Assembly: GCA_017626035.1 (NCBI GenBank)
Contig: JAGAJR010000010.1
Span: 581 to 64,580 of the forward strand
Length of the DNA stretch: 64,000 bases
Origin: Alphaproteobacteria bacterium
Lineage (GTDB): Bacteria > Pseudomonadota > Alphaproteobacteria > RF32 > CAG-239
Direction of reading: 5' to 3'
Under the pieces are notes generated by a model. The model did no database searches, was not told the origin of the DNA, and saw only the letters and a program-made list of their open reading frames with translations. Made by a program: the position numbers and the translations under genes. Below, one piece after another: positions 29,954 through 41,136 of this stretch; positions within the stretch are counted from its first letter, which is position 1; every line of letters begins with the position of its first letter.

Positions 29954-30688
29954 ATGAAATTGCTTGCTTTGCTGATGACGGGAGTTTCAATTATGTTTTC
30001 GGTCGCTGCGTCAGCCCAGGAAACGTCCGGCGTGCAGTCGTTTATGCAGGAGGCGGATGCCTGGCGTCGTCAGAAAGGAGAGAGACTTGTTATTTTGCAA
30101 AATATTACCGACTCTGTCGGACAAGCCGGGATGGAAAATATTACCAAGGCGGAGCAAGTCTTTTGTTATCAGGTGGAAAACCGTCCGGCCGGGTATAGCG
30201 GTTATACGATTGACGGAATGGCCGTTACGGGTTTTTGCGGCGTTGTTAATGCTGATTTGCGGGATATGATTGTTAAGCAGTTTTTTGCCACGGAGGAAAA
30301 TATCAGTACTGTTCCCGACAAATGTCTCATTCGTCCGAAACTGATGCTTCGTTTTGTTCGCGGAATTGATGCCACGGATGTTTTGTTGTCGTCTCCGTGC
30401 CATTCTTTTTCAGTCTTTTATGGCGGAAAAGTCAGAACGTTTAACTTCAAACCGGGGGCGGAAATTATTGATGTTATGGTTAATTCTTTCAAAACCAGCA
30501 CTATTCCGTTTGTTTCTCCTGCGTTGCTCAACCAGCTTTTGCCGGTGGGTGTTGCTCAAAATACGGAGCAGAAAGCCATTGTTAAGGAACGGAAAACAAC
30601 GGCTCCTATTCGTCAATGGGAAGGAAGCGGCAATGAACCGATTAAAAAAGCTCCGGTTAAAAAGGGCTGGAATAATCTGAAAATGTAA
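29954..30688 (+). CDS. Hypothetical exported protein
   Basis: Sec signal (…AASA|QE), RBS AGGAG, four Cys. Confidence 0.7.
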   Translation: MKLLALLMTGVSIMFSVAASAQETSGVQSFMQEADAWRRQKGERLVILQNITDSVGQAGMENITKAEQVFCYQVENRPAGYSGYTIDGMAVTGFCGVVNADLRDMIVKQFFATEENISTVPDKCLIRPKLMLRFVRGIDATDVLLSSPCHSFSVFYGGKVRTFNFKPGAEIIDVMVNSFKTSTIPFVSPALLNQLLPVGVAQNTEQKAIVKERKTTAPIRQWEGSGNEPIKKAPVKKGWNNLKM

Positions 30689-30730
30689 TTACATATTTTC
30701 AGGACAGCTAATACGAACGGACTATTTATG

Positions 30731-30760
30731 AGAAAACCTGGCAATGTTGCCAGGTTTTCT
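30731..30760. terminator. Bidirectional terminator
   Basis: AGAAAACCTGGCAA-TG-TTGCCAGGTTTTCT perfect inverted repeat between convergent genes. Confidence 0.8.
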
Positions 30761-30764
30761 GTTT

Positions 30765-31817
30765 TTAAGGCAGGAAGACCGTTTGGTTAAACACGTTTTC
30801 CAAAAAGAAAAGAGAGATAAAACATATAACGGAGGCGATAACCGGTGTGGTTATCCAGCCTAAAGCAATGCGTCCCAAGGTTGACCAGCGGACACAAGTG
30901 CCTCCTTTCATAATTCCTATGCCGATGACTGCTCCGATAACTGCCTGTGAGCTGGAAACAGGAACCAGAGGCAAAGACGGCAGACCGTTACTTGTCAAAA
31001 AGTGTTGCAATCCCTGCGAGGCGAATAAGAACAAAACCAAAGACTGGGAAACGACAACTATCCAAGCCACCAGAGGAGACATGGACATCAGGTTGTTTCC
31101 GACCGTATTGATGACTTTTTGAGAATAAGTAAAAACACCGACACTAATGGAAATTCCCCCGATTAAAAAGAGAATCTGCGTGCCGTTGAGTTTGAACAAG
31201 CCCATGTCAACAGGGCGAAAAGGGCTGGAATCGACGAATACGCCCATGACATTGGCGATGTTGTTTGCTCCGAGGGCGTATGCACCGAAAGCTCCTGCCA
31301 ATATCAACCCGATACGGGTATAGCAGTCTTGCCGGACAAGGTGGATTTTGGAGTGCTTGAGCACAATTTTTATGATGTAATAAAGAAAAATGGCAATAAC
31401 GCCGGAAAGAGCCGGGCAAATGGCCCAGGTACTGACAATTTTGCTTAAGACTCCGATGTCGGTTGTTTTTCCGCTGTAAAGGTTCCAGCCGACAATGGCT
31501 CCGACAATGGCCTGAGAGGTGGAAACGGGAATTCCGCTGCCGACCATCCAATAAACGGTAAGAGCTGCGGAAAAAGCAACCATGAATGCTCCGGCAATGG
31601 CATTGACGTTACCCAAATCGCCTAAAGTTTTACTGGCACCGGCTCCGGCATAGACGGCTCCGAGGATGATGAAAAAGGAAGCGATAACGGCCGCCGTGCG
31701 GAATTTTACCATACGGGTTCCGACGGCAGTACCGAAAATATTGGCGGCGTCATTGGCTCCGAGGGACCATCCCAGAAACAAGCCGCTGCTCAAAAAGATG
31801 AAAAAAGCAATATCCAT
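30765..31817 (-). CDS. Inorganic phosphate transporter (PiT family)
   Basis: GANDAAN and GANNIAN signatures, PVSTSQAIVG / PVSSSQAVIG. Confidence 0.92.
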   Translation of the reverse strand: MDIAFFIFLSSGLFLGWSLGANDAANIFGTAVGTRMVKFRTAAVIASFFIILGAVYAGAGASKTLGDLGNVNAIAGAFMVAFSAALTVYWMVGSGIPVSTSQAIVGAIVGWNLYSGKTTDIGVLSKIVSTWAICPALSGVIAIFLYYIIKIVLKHSKIHLVRQDCYTRIGLILAGAFGAYALGANNIANVMGVFVDSSPFRPVDMGLFKLNGTQILFLIGGISISVGVFTYSQKVINTVGNNLMSMSPLVAWIVVVSQSLVLFLFASQGLQHFLTSNGLPSLPLVPVSSSQAVIGAVIGIGIMKGGTCVRWSTLGRIALGWITTPVIASVICFISLFFLENVFNQTVFLP

Positions 31818-32477
31818 TTAAATATCCCGTTTGATGGTGAAAATGAGGAGTTCGTCAATGCAGTCTTCGGCAATGTCGGCGACATCGGCCACTTTGCAAA
31901 TAAGCGAGCTAAGCTGGATTTTGTTGGCCAGAGGCAGTTCCGAATCAAAAATCGCTTCTCTTAAATGGGCGGAGGTTATATCGCTTTCGTGTTCCATAAA
32001 GTAAACTTTTTGAGAGTAGTCTCTGACCGTGCTGATGTCTCTGAAAAATGCCCGGGAGGCAATGGCCATATTCTCGGTGCAATCGGTTACCTGTTCGCAA
32101 AGTTCAAGCAGTCGCATGTGGTATTCCGAAGGGATTTCCGGGCGTTCAATGTAAAAAGTGTGGGCAACTTCATCATATTTGTTGATGATTTTATCCAGTT
32201 TTTCAACCAGGTGCAAAACATCTCCCCGCAGGTCGGGAAGCAGGTTTTCCACATAAAGTTTGTTTTCAATATCGCGGCGGATGGCGTCGGCGTCGTGTTC
32301 TATCTGTTTGATTTGTTTGCTCAGTTTTTTATATTCGGCACTGCGTTGTTCTTCCAAAAATACTCTGATGGCTTTTTTAAAAGTCATTGCAACGTCAATG
32401 ATTTTATCGTGAAACAAATCTATTTTGTTTTCCAGAGCTTTGGTTTGGGAAAACAGCGAAATGCGAACATGAAACAT
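31818..32477 (-). CDS. DUF47 (PhoU-like) phosphate transport regulator
   Basis: EHDADAIRR and EHESD motifs; immediately upstream of PiT. Confidence 0.9.
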   Translation of the reverse strand: MFHVRISLFSQTKALENKIDLFHDKIIDVAMTFKKAIRVFLEEQRSAEYKKLSKQIKQIEHDADAIRRDIENKLYVENLLPDLRGDVLHLVEKLDKIINKYDEVAHTFYIERPEIPSEYHMRLLELCEQVTDCTENMAIASRAFFRDISTVRDYSQKVYFMEHESDITSAHLREAIFDSELPLANKIQLSSLICKVADVADIAEDCIDELLIFTIKRDI

Positions 32478-32656
32478 CTGATACCTGCCTTAAATTGTTA
32501 ATTGTCAGCTTTTACTTTACCATAAATGGTTAAAGAAAGCTTTATTTTTTCAAAAATAATTAAAAAATAAAATTTAATTTCCTCTTGTAAATGTGAGATA
32601 TATTAGTTAAATTAAGTATGTTTTTGATTATAATTTAAAACTTAAGGATACTGATA

Positions 32657-33388
32657 ATGAATAAATTAAATTCACTTTATGTTTCTTTAGTGGCATTGGT
32701 TGTTGCCATCGCAGCTTTGGTTATGTGCGTTCTTTGCTGCTGCGGCAATAAAGGTGCCATGGTTGAAGAAGCTCTGAATAATAATCCTGAAATGATTATT
32801 AATGCTATGCAGAAATATGAACAGAAAATGAGAGACGAAGCTCAGGCTCAGGCTCAAAAACTGATTATGGACAGCATTGAAGAAGTTAACAATGATGCAG
32901 ACACTCCGTTTGTAGGCAACAAAGATGCCAAAGTCGTTTTGGTTGAATTCTTTGATTATTCCTGCGGATACTGCCACAGATTGTTCCCTGGCTTGAAAGC
33001 TGTTATTGAAAATAATCCGGATGTTAAAGTTGCATTCAAAGCTTTGACTTTTGTTTCTCCGGTTTCCGACTATGCCGCAAGAGCCGCTTTGGCAGCCAAT
33101 ATGCAGGGCAAATATATTGAAATGCATAACGGTTTGTTCCAAGTTAACGGCAGACTGACAGAAGCTAAAGTTGACGAAGTTGCTGCTCAGATCGGTTTGG
33201 ATATGGATCAATACAGAGCTGATTTGGGTTCTGACAAAGTCAGATCCGTTTTGGCTAAAAATGCCGAATTGGCTAACAGAATTCAGGTTAACGGCGTTCC
33301 TGCCCTTATCTTGAACGGTAAAATGCTGCAGACAATTGACGGCAATGTTGTTCAAGATGCTTTGAATGAGGCAAAAGCCGCTCAGTAA
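32657..33388 (+). CDS. DsbA family protein (Com1/ScsC-like)
   Basis: NPEMII, VEFFDYSCGYC, cis-Pro loop GVPA. Confidence 0.9.
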   Translation: MNKLNSLYVSLVALVVAIAALVMCVLCCCGNKGAMVEEALNNNPEMIINAMQKYEQKMRDEAQAQAQKLIMDSIEEVNNDADTPFVGNKDAKVVLVEFFDYSCGYCHRLFPGLKAVIENNPDVKVAFKALTFVSPVSDYAARAALAANMQGKYIEMHNGLFQVNGRLTEAKVDEVAAQIGLDMDQYRADLGSDKVRSVLAKNAELANRIQVNGVPALILNGKMLQTIDGNVVQDALNEAKAAQ

Positions 33389-33410
33389 TTTTCTTAGTCT
33401 GAGAAATAAT

Positions 33411-33446
33411 AAAAAAAACAGCTCTCGAATGAGAGCTGTTTTTTTT
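33411..33446. terminator. Bidirectional terminator
   Basis: A-run-CAGCTCTC-GAAT-GAGAGCTG-T-run. Confidence 0.8.
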
Positions 33447-33459
33447 GTGGGCGGAAAGT

Positions 33460-34356
33460 TTAATATTTTCGGTCAATGATATATTGAGCCAGAAGTTTGA
33501 GGTTCTCGGCTTTGCTTCCGAAAATATCCAAAGCTTTCTGGGCTTGATCAATTAAATCTTTGGCAATTTTGCGGGCGTTTGACAATCCGTATAAAGAAAC
33601 GAAAGTTATTTTTCCTTGTTTTTCGTCTTTTTGGAGTGTTTTTCCGACCAAGTCCGCATTTCCTTCAACGTCAAGAATGTCATCGGCAATTTGAAAAGCA
33701 ATGCCGATTTTGCGGGAGTAATCTATTAGTGCCTGTCTTTGTTTTTTGGTAGCTTTTCCCAAAATGGCTCCGGCTTCGCAGGCATAGCGAATCAATCGTC
33801 CGGTTTTCATTTCCTCAATGTGTTTGATGAGTGTTTCGTTTTGATGTTTTGGGGAAATTTTTTCGGCGTAAAGGTCGACCATTTGTCCGGCAATCATACC
33901 CGTAAAAGCTCCGGCGGCGTTTGCCAGATATCGGATTAATTCGCATCTGGTTTCGGTATCCGCGGTCTTTTTGTCGCTCAGAATTTCAAAGGCGTAAGTC
34001 AACAGTCCGTCGCCGGCCAAGATTGCCGTTGCCTCGTCAAATTGTTTGTGGCAGGTTGGTTTGCCGCGGCGAAGGTCGTCGTTGTCCATTGCCGGCAAGT
34101 CATCATGAATTAAGGAGTAGGAATGGAACATTTCCAGAGCGGCGGCGGTTCGGAGCGATTTTGTCTCGGAGACGCCGAATAATTTTGCGGTTTCGGAAAC
34201 AAGATACGGACGAAGCCGTTTGCCTCCGTTCATCACCGAATATTTCATTGCCTCGACGACTCTTTTTTCTTCTCCGTCAGGCAGAGGGAAAAAAGCGGCA
34301 AGTTTAAGATTGAATTTTTGAGAATAAGAATTAAGAATTTTTTTGATATTTTTCAT
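33460..34356 (-). CDS. ispA: Farnesyl diphosphate synthase / polyprenyl synthetase
   Basis: GGKRLRP, HDDLPAMDNDDLRRGKPT, FQIADDILD. Confidence 0.95.
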   Translation of the reverse strand: MKNIKKILNSYSQKFNLKLAAFFPLPDGEEKRVVEAMKYSVMNGGKRLRPYLVSETAKLFGVSETKSLRTAAALEMFHSYSLIHDDLPAMDNDDLRRGKPTCHKQFDEATAILAGDGLLTYAFEILSDKKTADTETRCELIRYLANAAGAFTGMIAGQMVDLYAEKISPKHQNETLIKHIEEMKTGRLIRYACEAGAILGKATKKQRQALIDYSRKIGIAFQIADDILDVEGNADLVGKTLQKDEKQGKITFVSLYGLSNARKIAKDLIDQAQKALDIFGSKAENLKLLAQYIIDRKY

Positions 34357-34358
34357 AA

Positions 34359-34601
34359 TCAGTCTATCTTTTCTAGTTCGGAAGTGCTCATTTCCCCGTT
34401 GGGAGTGATTTCAATTTTTTCGATTTTCAATTGGGCATCTTTCAGTCTTTTTTCGCAGAATTGTTTCAGGCTGACGGCTTTTTCATAGGCTGTAACCGCG
34501 TCGTCAAGTTTGATGCGTCCGCTTTCGAGTTCTCTGACGATATTTTCCAGCTGCAGGAGGGCTTCTTCAAAGCTTAAGTCCTTGTTTCCATTATCTTCCA
34601 T
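34359..34601 (-). CDS. xseB: Exodeoxyribonuclease VII small subunit
   Basis: SFEEALLQLENIVRELESG..LDDA...YE; xseB-ispA order. Confidence 0.93.
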   Translation of the reverse strand: MEDNGNKDLSFEEALLQLENIVRELESGRIKLDDAVTAYEKAVSLKQFCEKRLKDAQLKIEKIEITPNGEMSTSELEKID

Positions 34602-34770
34602 TAATTTTCTCCTTATTAATTTAGGCAATATTATTATATTATATTTCTAATATCAACTTTAATGTAGCCGTTGTGATAAACAGCTAAAGTATATATAACA
34701 ATTAGCTTTATTAGAACTGTTTGAAACTCTCCTCTTATGGTATTCTTAAGTAAAAATCAGGGAGGAAAAA

Positions 34771-35061
34771 ATGAAGAATTCGGTAGTGAAATTAGGGGCA
34801 AAGCTGTTTAAAGCCTTGGGAAACGAAAAACGGCTGGAGATATTGTTTAATTTGCTGAATAAAGAATTAAATGTCGGAGAACTGGAAAAACTGGTTGATT
34901 TGAGCCAGTCGGCATTGTCTCAGCATTTGGCTGTTTTAAGAGGCGGGGATATCGTGAAAACCCGCCGGGTTGCTCAGACGATTTTTTATTCCATTAAAAG
35001 CGAAAAAGTTATTAAGGTTTTGAATTTCATCAAGAAACTTTACAACACGCCTTGCTATTAA
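34771..35061 (+). CDS. ArsR/SmtB (BigR/NolR-like) transcriptional regulator
   Basis: FKALGNEKRL, LSQSALSQHLAVLR, VKTRR..QTIFY. Confidence 0.9.
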   Translation: MKNSVVKLGAKLFKALGNEKRLEILFNLLNKELNVGELEKLVDLSQSALSQHLAVLRGGDIVKTRRVAQTIFYSIKSEKVIKVLNFIKKLYNTPCY

Positions 35062-35094
35062 AAATAAGGCAGGGTTTTCCAAAGGGCGGCGGTC

Positions 35095-36258
35095 TTAGTC
35101 AGAGACTGCCGTTTTTATATCAATTTCCTTTTTGTCGGGATTATAGCTGATTGTCAATTTGCCTTCCCGAAGAGCACAGGCTTCTTTTCCGAAAAGTTCC
35201 AGCCGCCATCCTTTTAAAACCGGGTTATTTTTATCGGCAAAAACGGAAAGTTTTCGCAAGTCTTCTTCCGAAGCAATGAGTTTGGCGACCACGCCGCTTT
35301 CCTGACTTCTGATTTTGAGCAGAAGTTTTAATAATTCATATAAAGACAGAGACGCTCCCGAAATGTTTTTTTCTTTTTCCGGGCGGACATATTGAGATGA
35401 AGGAATTTCTTTGGCATGGCTGATGACTTCAAGGATTTCCGTCGCCAGTTTTCCGGACAAAATGTCTTTGCGGATGTTGCGGATTTCTTCCATTTCTTCA
35501 AGTGTGCGAGGGCAGGCAGCCGCAATATTGAGCAGACATTCGTCTTTGATGATGGTTTGTCTCGGCGTGTCTTTTCTTTGTGCCCGTTCTTCCCGCCAAG
35601 CGGCCAGTTCTCTTAAAATAGTCAGAAAACGGGCGTTGTGGGAGCGGTGTTTGATTTTCTGCCAAGCGTCCATGGGGTGGACAATGTAAGTTTCCGGATT
35701 GGCCAGAATTTCCGTTTCTTCATCCAGCCAGTGCAATCTTCCCGTGTTTTCCAATTCTTTTTTGAGATGTTTATAGATAGGAACCAGGTGAGTTACGTCG
35801 GAAAGGGCGTATTGAAGCTGTTTTTTATCCAGAGGGCGTTTGCTCCAGTTGGACAAGCGGCAGGTTTTATCCAGAGAAATGTTGACGATTTTATTAACCA
35901 ACGTTTCATAACTGACGGACTCTCCGAAACCGCAAACCATAGCGGCTATCTGGGTGTCAAACACCGGATTGGGGATGTTTCCCGAAAGTTTGTAGAGAAT
36001 CTCGATATCTTGCCGTCCGGAGTGAAATACTTTGACAATGTTCGGATTTTGAAGAATGGCAAAAAACGGAGACAAATCCATCTCAGGAGCCAGAGGGTCG
36101 ATAATCGCACAGTCTTCCATGCTTCCGACCTGTATCAGGCAGAGTTTGGCATAATAGGTCTTTTCTCGCAGAAACTCCAGGTCTACGGTGATAAATTCCT
36201 GCCGACCGAGCATTTCGCAAAAGTTTTTTAAGTCCTGAGTATTTTCGATTATGTTCAT
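35095..36258 (-). CDS. rnd: Ribonuclease D
   Basis: [34 protein letters not shown] domain, L.GWR. Confidence 0.95.
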   Translation of the reverse strand: MNIIENTQDLKNFCEMLGRQEFITVDLEFLREKTYYAKLCLIQVGSMEDCAIIDPLAPEMDLSPFFAILQNPNIVKVFHSGRQDIEILYKLSGNIPNPVFDTQIAAMVCGFGESVSYETLVNKIVNISLDKTCRLSNWSKRPLDKKQLQYALSDVTHLVPIYKHLKKELENTGRLHWLDEETEILANPETYIVHPMDAWQKIKHRSHNARFLTILRELAAWREERAQRKDTPRQTIIKDECLLNIAAACPRTLEEMEEIRNIRKDILSGKLATEILEVISHAKEIPSSQYVRPEKEKNISGASLSLYELLKLLLKIRSQESGVVAKLIASEEDLRKLSVFADKNNPVLKGWRLELFGKEACALREGKLTISYNPDKKEIDIKTAVSD

Positions 36259-36444
36259 CTTTATTTTCCTGCCTGTTTACAGCCTGTTTATTTAATATTT
36301 TTTTCCGTTCAAGGCAAGAAAAATCTCAATTGCGGGAAAAGAGGTCTTTTTTGTGTTCATCTCTTTAAGTTTGGCTTGCTTTTCATTGTAATTAGTTTTA
36401 AAACTATAACGCTTAATCAAATAAATGATAACAAGAGGTTTTTT

Positions 36445-38217
36445 ATGCAAAAATATCGCACACATACTTGCGGAGAGCTTCGTGCCTCCGATATCGGCAA
36501 AGAAGTCAAGCTTGCCGGTTGGATTCATCGTAAACGTAATTTGGGAAATCTTTGCTTTGTGGATTTGCGAGATCATTACGGTATTACACAATGTGTTGTC
36601 GATAGCAGTTCAGATTTGTTTGAAAAAATTGAAGCTTTGCGTCCGGAATCCGTTGTCGGTTTTACCGGAAGCGTTATCGCTCGCGAGAGTGTCAATAAAA
36701 ATATGCCGACCGGCGATATTGAAATTAAGGTTTCGGCGATAAAGGTTCATTCTGAAGCCGATATTCTGCCGTTTCAGGTTGCGGTCGAAGATGACGCTCC
36801 GGAAGAAATGCGTCTGAAATACCGTTTCTTGGATTTGAGAAAAGACCGTATTCATAAGAATATTCTGCTTCGTTCCAAAGTTATTCAACGTTCCCGCGAG
36901 TTAATGAGAGAGCAGGGCTTTACCGAATATCAGACACCGATTTTGACGGCATCTTCTCCGGAAGGGGCTCGCGACTTTTTGGTGCCTTCCCGTATCAATC
37001 CGGGTAAATTTTATGCTTTGCCGCAGGCTCCGCAACAGTTTAAACAATTGCTGATGGTTTCAGGTTTTGACCGTTATTTCCAAATTGCTCCGTGTTTCAG
37101 AGATGAAGACCCTCGTGCCGATCGCAGTCCGGGTGAGTTTTACCAGATGGATATGGAAATGAGCTTTGCGACGCAGGAAGATGTCTTTGCGGTTATTGAA
37201 CATACTTTGGGCGGTATTTTTAACGAATTTGCCAATGGTAAGACCGTTGATCAGGCTCCTTATCTTCATATTCCGTTCAGAGAAGCCATGCTTAAGTATG
37301 GTTCGGATAAACCGGATTTGAGAAATCCGCTGGTTATGCAGGATGTTACGAAATTCTTCGGAGAGTCCGGTTTTGGCGTTTATGACACCATGGCTAAAGA
37401 AGGCAAGATGATTAAAGGCATGGTGGTTGAGGGTATTGCCGACAAACCGCGTTCTTTCTTTGACAAGCTGGATGCTTATGCAAAAGAAGAAGGAATGGGC
37501 GGCATTGCTTATGTTGCTTTTGCTTCTGCCGGGGCCAAAGGTATTGCAAAGTTACTGAGTGAAGCTAAATTGGCCGAATTGAAATCCGAATACGGTGTGA
37601 AAGACGGCGACGCTATCTTGTTTATGGTTGGTAAAGGTGTTAAGTTTGACAAGTTTACCGGCCGCCTACGGAATAAAGTGGGTGAAGAACTCGGGCTGTT
37701 CGATGAAAATTCGTTCAGAATGTGCTGGGTTGTCGATTTTCCGTTCTATGAGGAAAATGAGGAAACCGGTGCCGTAGAATTTTCTCATAATCCGTTCTCT
37801 ATGCCGCAAGGCGGAATGGATGCGTTGATGAATAAAAATCCGTTGGATATTCTGGCTTATCAATATGACTTTGTCTGCAACGGCGTTGAATTGCTTTCCG
37901 GTGCCGTGCGCAACCATAAGCCGGAAATTATGTATAAGGCTTTTGAAATTGCCGGTTATGACCATAGTGTTGTTGATAACAAGTTCGGCGGAATGATTAG
38001 TGCTTTCAAATTCGGGGCCCCTCCGCACGCGGGTTCGGCTTACGGTGTTGACCGCTTGGTTATGCTTTTGCTGGACGAACCGATTATCCGCGACGTTATT
38101 TTGTTCCCGCTGAACGGCAAGGCTCAGGACTTGATGATGCAGGCTCCGAACTTTGTTACCCAACAGCAGTTGGATGAATTGCATATTCGGCCTGTTCCGG
38201 TTGACGATAAGAAATAA
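36445..38217 (+). CDS. aspS: Aspartate--tRNA ligase
   Basis: [45 protein letters not shown]...G.DRL. Confidence 0.98.
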   Translation: MQKYRTHTCGELRASDIGKEVKLAGWIHRKRNLGNLCFVDLRDHYGITQCVVDSSSDLFEKIEALRPESVVGFTGSVIARESVNKNMPTGDIEIKVSAIKVHSEADILPFQVAVEDDAPEEMRLKYRFLDLRKDRIHKNILLRSKVIQRSRELMREQGFTEYQTPILTASSPEGARDFLVPSRINPGKFYALPQAPQQFKQLLMVSGFDRYFQIAPCFRDEDPRADRSPGEFYQMDMEMSFATQEDVFAVIEHTLGGIFNEFANGKTVDQAPYLHIPFREAMLKYGSDKPDLRNPLVMQDVTKFFGESGFGVYDTMAKEGKMIKGMVVEGIADKPRSFFDKLDAYAKEEGMGGIAYVAFASAGAKGIAKLLSEAKLAELKSEYGVKDGDAILFMVGKGVKFDKFTGRLRNKVGEELGLFDENSFRMCWVVDFPFYEENEETGAVEFSHNPFSMPQGGMDALMNKNPLDILAYQYDFVCNGVELLSGAVRNHKPEIMYKAFEIAGYDHSVVDNKFGGMISAFKFGAPPHAGSAYGVDRLVMLLLDEPIIRDVILFPLNGKAQDLMMQAPNFVTQQQLDELHIRPVPVDDKK

Positions 38218-38323
38218 CTGAAAAAACGCCTTTGAGATATTCAAGGGTGTTTTTTTGTGATTAATGAAAAAAACAGTTGATTTTTTATTTAAATCGTCCT
38301 ACATAGATAACGAAGTTCATCAT

Positions 38324-38397
38324 TGCTTCATCGTCTAATGGTAGGACAGCGGACTCTGACTCCGTTAATCTTGGTTCGAATCCAGGTGAAGCAGCCA
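38324..38397 (+). tRNA. tRNA-Gln (CTG)
   Basis: Acceptor stem TGCTTCA/TGAAGCA, anticodon loop CT-CTG-AC, GGTTCGAATCC T-arm, encoded CCA. Confidence 0.95.
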
Positions 38398-38550
38398 TAA
38401 AAAACACCACCCTTTACGGGTGGTTTTTTTTGTTTGATTATTCTCTTGAAGAGTTTCTTTTTGTTTTATATTTAAAGTTAATATTAATAATTTGATTTTA
38501 TGATTAAACTGTTGATTTATGTTAACTAAGCAAAGGTTTTATTTTAAGCG

Positions 38551-39876
38551 ATGATGTATGCGGTTTATTTGGGATTGGTTTTGTTGTTAGTTTTTGCCAA
38601 TGCCTTTTTTGTGGTTTCGGAATTTGCAATTGTTAAAATCAGGCGGACAAAGTTGGAGGAATTAGCTCATTCCGGGAAAAAACAGGCTAAAATCGCTCTG
38701 AAAATTACGGACAGGCTGAATACGTATCTGAGTGCCATTCAATTGGGAATTACTTTGGCATCTTTGGGACTGGGCTGGATTGGCGAACCGGCAGTGTCTC
38801 GTCTTTTGGAGTTGTGGTTCGGCGGTTTCTTTAACGGAAATACCATTTTGCTGCATACGGTAAGTTTTGGTGCGGCTTTTGCTTTTATTACTTTGCTGCA
38901 CGTTGTTTTAGGAGAATTGGTACCAAAATCTTTGGCTATTCAGCACACGGAGAAATATGTTTTGAGTGTGGCTCGTCCGCTGTATTTGTTTAATAAGATT
39001 TTTGCTCCGTTTATTTGGGTGTTTGATCATGTAACCAATGCTGTTTTGCATGTTATGGGAACACGAATGACGAATGAAAATGAGGATGTCCATTCGGAAG
39101 AGGAAATTAAACTGATTATCAATGCTTCTCAAAAAGACGGTGTTATTGATGATACCGAAGGGGAAATCATTCAAAACGCGATGGAATTTTCGGAAATTTA
39201 TGCCCATGAAATTATGATACCGCGGCAGGATATTAAGTGTATTTATTTGGGAGACGGTTTTGAAAGGGTTATGGAAACCGTCAAAAACAATAATCATACG
39301 CGTTTTCCTTTATGCAAAAAAGACAAAGATAATATTGTCGGAATGATACATATTCGAGATTTGTTGGAACATCAGGAACATCTTCATGACAAAGATATTT
39401 TAAGCAAAATTTCGAGGAAAATTCTCTTTGTGCCTGAAAATAAGTCCATTTCTGATATTTTGCATGAAATGATGGCCAAACGAATTCATTTGGCGATTGT
39501 TGTTGATGAATATGGCGGAACAGCGGGAATGTTATCTATGGAAGATATTCTGGAGGAACTTGTCGGAGATATTATGGACGAACATGATGACGATGAGGAA
39601 GAACCTTTGGAAGTTATCAGTGAAGATACGTGCATTTTTGACGGAACATATTTGGTGGAAGATGCTTATGATTGCTTGGGGCTTCCGGAAATTGAGTGCG
39701 AGGAAAGCACTATCGGCGGATATGTTTTCGGTTTGTTGGGAAGAGAACCTTTGGTCGGTGATAAAGTTAATGACGAATATTGCGATTTTGAAGTCGTGGA
39801 TGTTGATAATATGCGAATTACCAAAGTTAAGGTTAAAGCCAAAAAGTTTGAAACCGATGAAGAAGACGAGGAATAA
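38551..39876 (+). CDS. Hemolysin-family CNNM/CBS/CorC-HlyC protein
   Basis: NAFFVVSEFA, QLGIT, GELVPK, CBS pair, VVDEYGGTAG, CorC C-terminal domain. Confidence 0.93.
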   Translation: MMYAVYLGLVLLLVFANAFFVVSEFAIVKIRRTKLEELAHSGKKQAKIALKITDRLNTYLSAIQLGITLASLGLGWIGEPAVSRLLELWFGGFFNGNTILLHTVSFGAAFAFITLLHVVLGELVPKSLAIQHTEKYVLSVARPLYLFNKIFAPFIWVFDHVTNAVLHVMGTRMTNENEDVHSEEEIKLIINASQKDGVIDDTEGEIIQNAMEFSEIYAHEIMIPRQDIKCIYLGDGFERVMETVKNNNHTRFPLCKKDKDNIVGMIHIRDLLEHQEHLHDKDILSKISRKILFVPENKSISDILHEMMAKRIHLAIVVDEYGGTAGMLSMEDILEELVGDIMDEHDDDEEEPLEVISEDTCIFDGTYLVEDAYDCLGLPEIECEESTIGGYVFGLLGREPLVGDKVNDEYCDFEVVDVDNMRITKVKVKAKKFETDEEDEE

Positions 39877-39909
39877 TAAAAAAAGCTTCCGTTATGGAGG
39901 CTTTTTTAA

Positions 39910-39985
39910 TGGTGCCGACAGAGAGACTCGAACTCCCGACCCACTGATTACAAATCAGTAGCTCTACCAACTGAGCTATGTCGGC
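39910..39985 (-). tRNA. tRNA-Thr (TGT)
   Basis: GCCGACATAGCTCAGTTGGTAGAGC...TT-TGT-AA...GTTCGAGTC...GTCGGCACCA on the minus strand. Confidence 0.95.
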
Positions 39986-40131
39986 CTTGACATGAGAGTT
40001 CTTATAAACGAGCATCTTTTTATTGTCAATAAGTTTTTATGATTTTTTATTCTGATAAATACGAATGATTTTTTGACAAAGATTTTATTTCTTTTTATTT
40101 TATGGGCGATGTGTCAAATTGTCAGGTAATT

Positions 40132-41130
40132 ATGTTTATGAAAAAATGTAAAATACTATTTGTTACCGGGTGTGGTTTTATTTTCCTTGCGTTGCTTATA
40201 GCTGCAATCCGAAGCCATCTTATAGATTTTTTTGATAATTCGGTTGAACATACCTATATTGTTCCGGCAGGAAAAATGTTCGTGTCCGAAGAGGATAATT
40301 TTACTTTTGCGGCAATCAGCGATACCGGAGGCGAAAATGCCCCGCTTGAAAAAATTATTAATCAGGCGAGAGGCCTCGGAGCTAAATTTATTTTGCATTT
40401 GGGCGATTTGGTTCGTTATAAGACCCCCAGCCATTTTGATTGGATTGTTTCGGAATTGGAAGGCAAGCTTAAAGGGGTTCCTTTTTATATGATTCCCGGA
40501 AATCATGAAATTGAAACGGAAGAGGGCGTGGTTGACAAAACGGCGTATATGGAGATTTTTGGGCAAACATACTATTGGTTTGGCTATGGCAATACCTTGT
40601 TTATCGGTTTGGACAGTTCAGAGGGAATGATTGACAAAGAACAATTTCATTGGCTGAAACTTACTTTAGAGAAAATTCGTCCTCATTTTAAATATTGTAT
40701 TATTTATTCTCATGTGCCGCCGACCAGTGGAATGAAAATTATTGACAAGCATTTACTGCCGGAAGATTCCCGGAAATTTGCTTCCTTGGTGTCCGAGCAC
40801 AATGTGACACTGCTGTTGTTTGGGCATGTTCATTATTTCTCCCGTGAAATGTTTGCCGGAGTGCCGATGTATACTTTGCCGGCTTCAGGGCAGGAATCAC
40901 GAGATATGGCGAGAATCAAGCCGGGGTATTTGATGATTTCCGTAACTCCGGAGGGGGTGGCCGAAGTTAAGACGAAGTATCTGCACAAAATTGGCAGTAC
41001 GGAACGTTTTGAATCTTTCTTAAGCCATGCTTTGGTTAAAAAGGAAATCCGATATATTTCTCTTTGGCTGTTGGCTGTCGGAACCGGTTTGGTGTTGATA
41101 GCTTGGTTTATGAAAAAATATCGTTCTTAA
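40132..41130 (+). CDS. Calcineurin-like metallophosphoesterase, membrane-anchored at both ends
   Basis: SDTG, HLGDL, PGNHE and GHVH motifs; N- and C-terminal hydrophobic segments. Confidence 0.88.
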   Translation: MFMKKCKILFVTGCGFIFLALLIAAIRSHLIDFFDNSVEHTYIVPAGKMFVSEEDNFTFAAISDTGGENAPLEKIINQARGLGAKFILHLGDLVRYKTPSHFDWIVSELEGKLKGVPFYMIPGNHEIETEEGVVDKTAYMEIFGQTYYWFGYGNTLFIGLDSSEGMIDKEQFHWLKLTLEKIRPHFKYCIIYSHVPPTSGMKIIDKHLLPEDSRKFASLVSEHNVTLLLFGHVHYFSREMFAGVPMYTLPASGQESRDMARIKPGYLMISVTPEGVAEVKTKYLHKIGSTERFESFLSHALVKKEIRYISLWLLAVGTGLVLIAWFMKKYRS

Positions 41131-41136
41131 AAGCCT

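Noticed and set aside
38324-39985. tRNA-anchored integrative element
   Set aside because: No integrase or duplicated tRNA 3' end was seen; the intervening gene is a housekeeping CNNM protein
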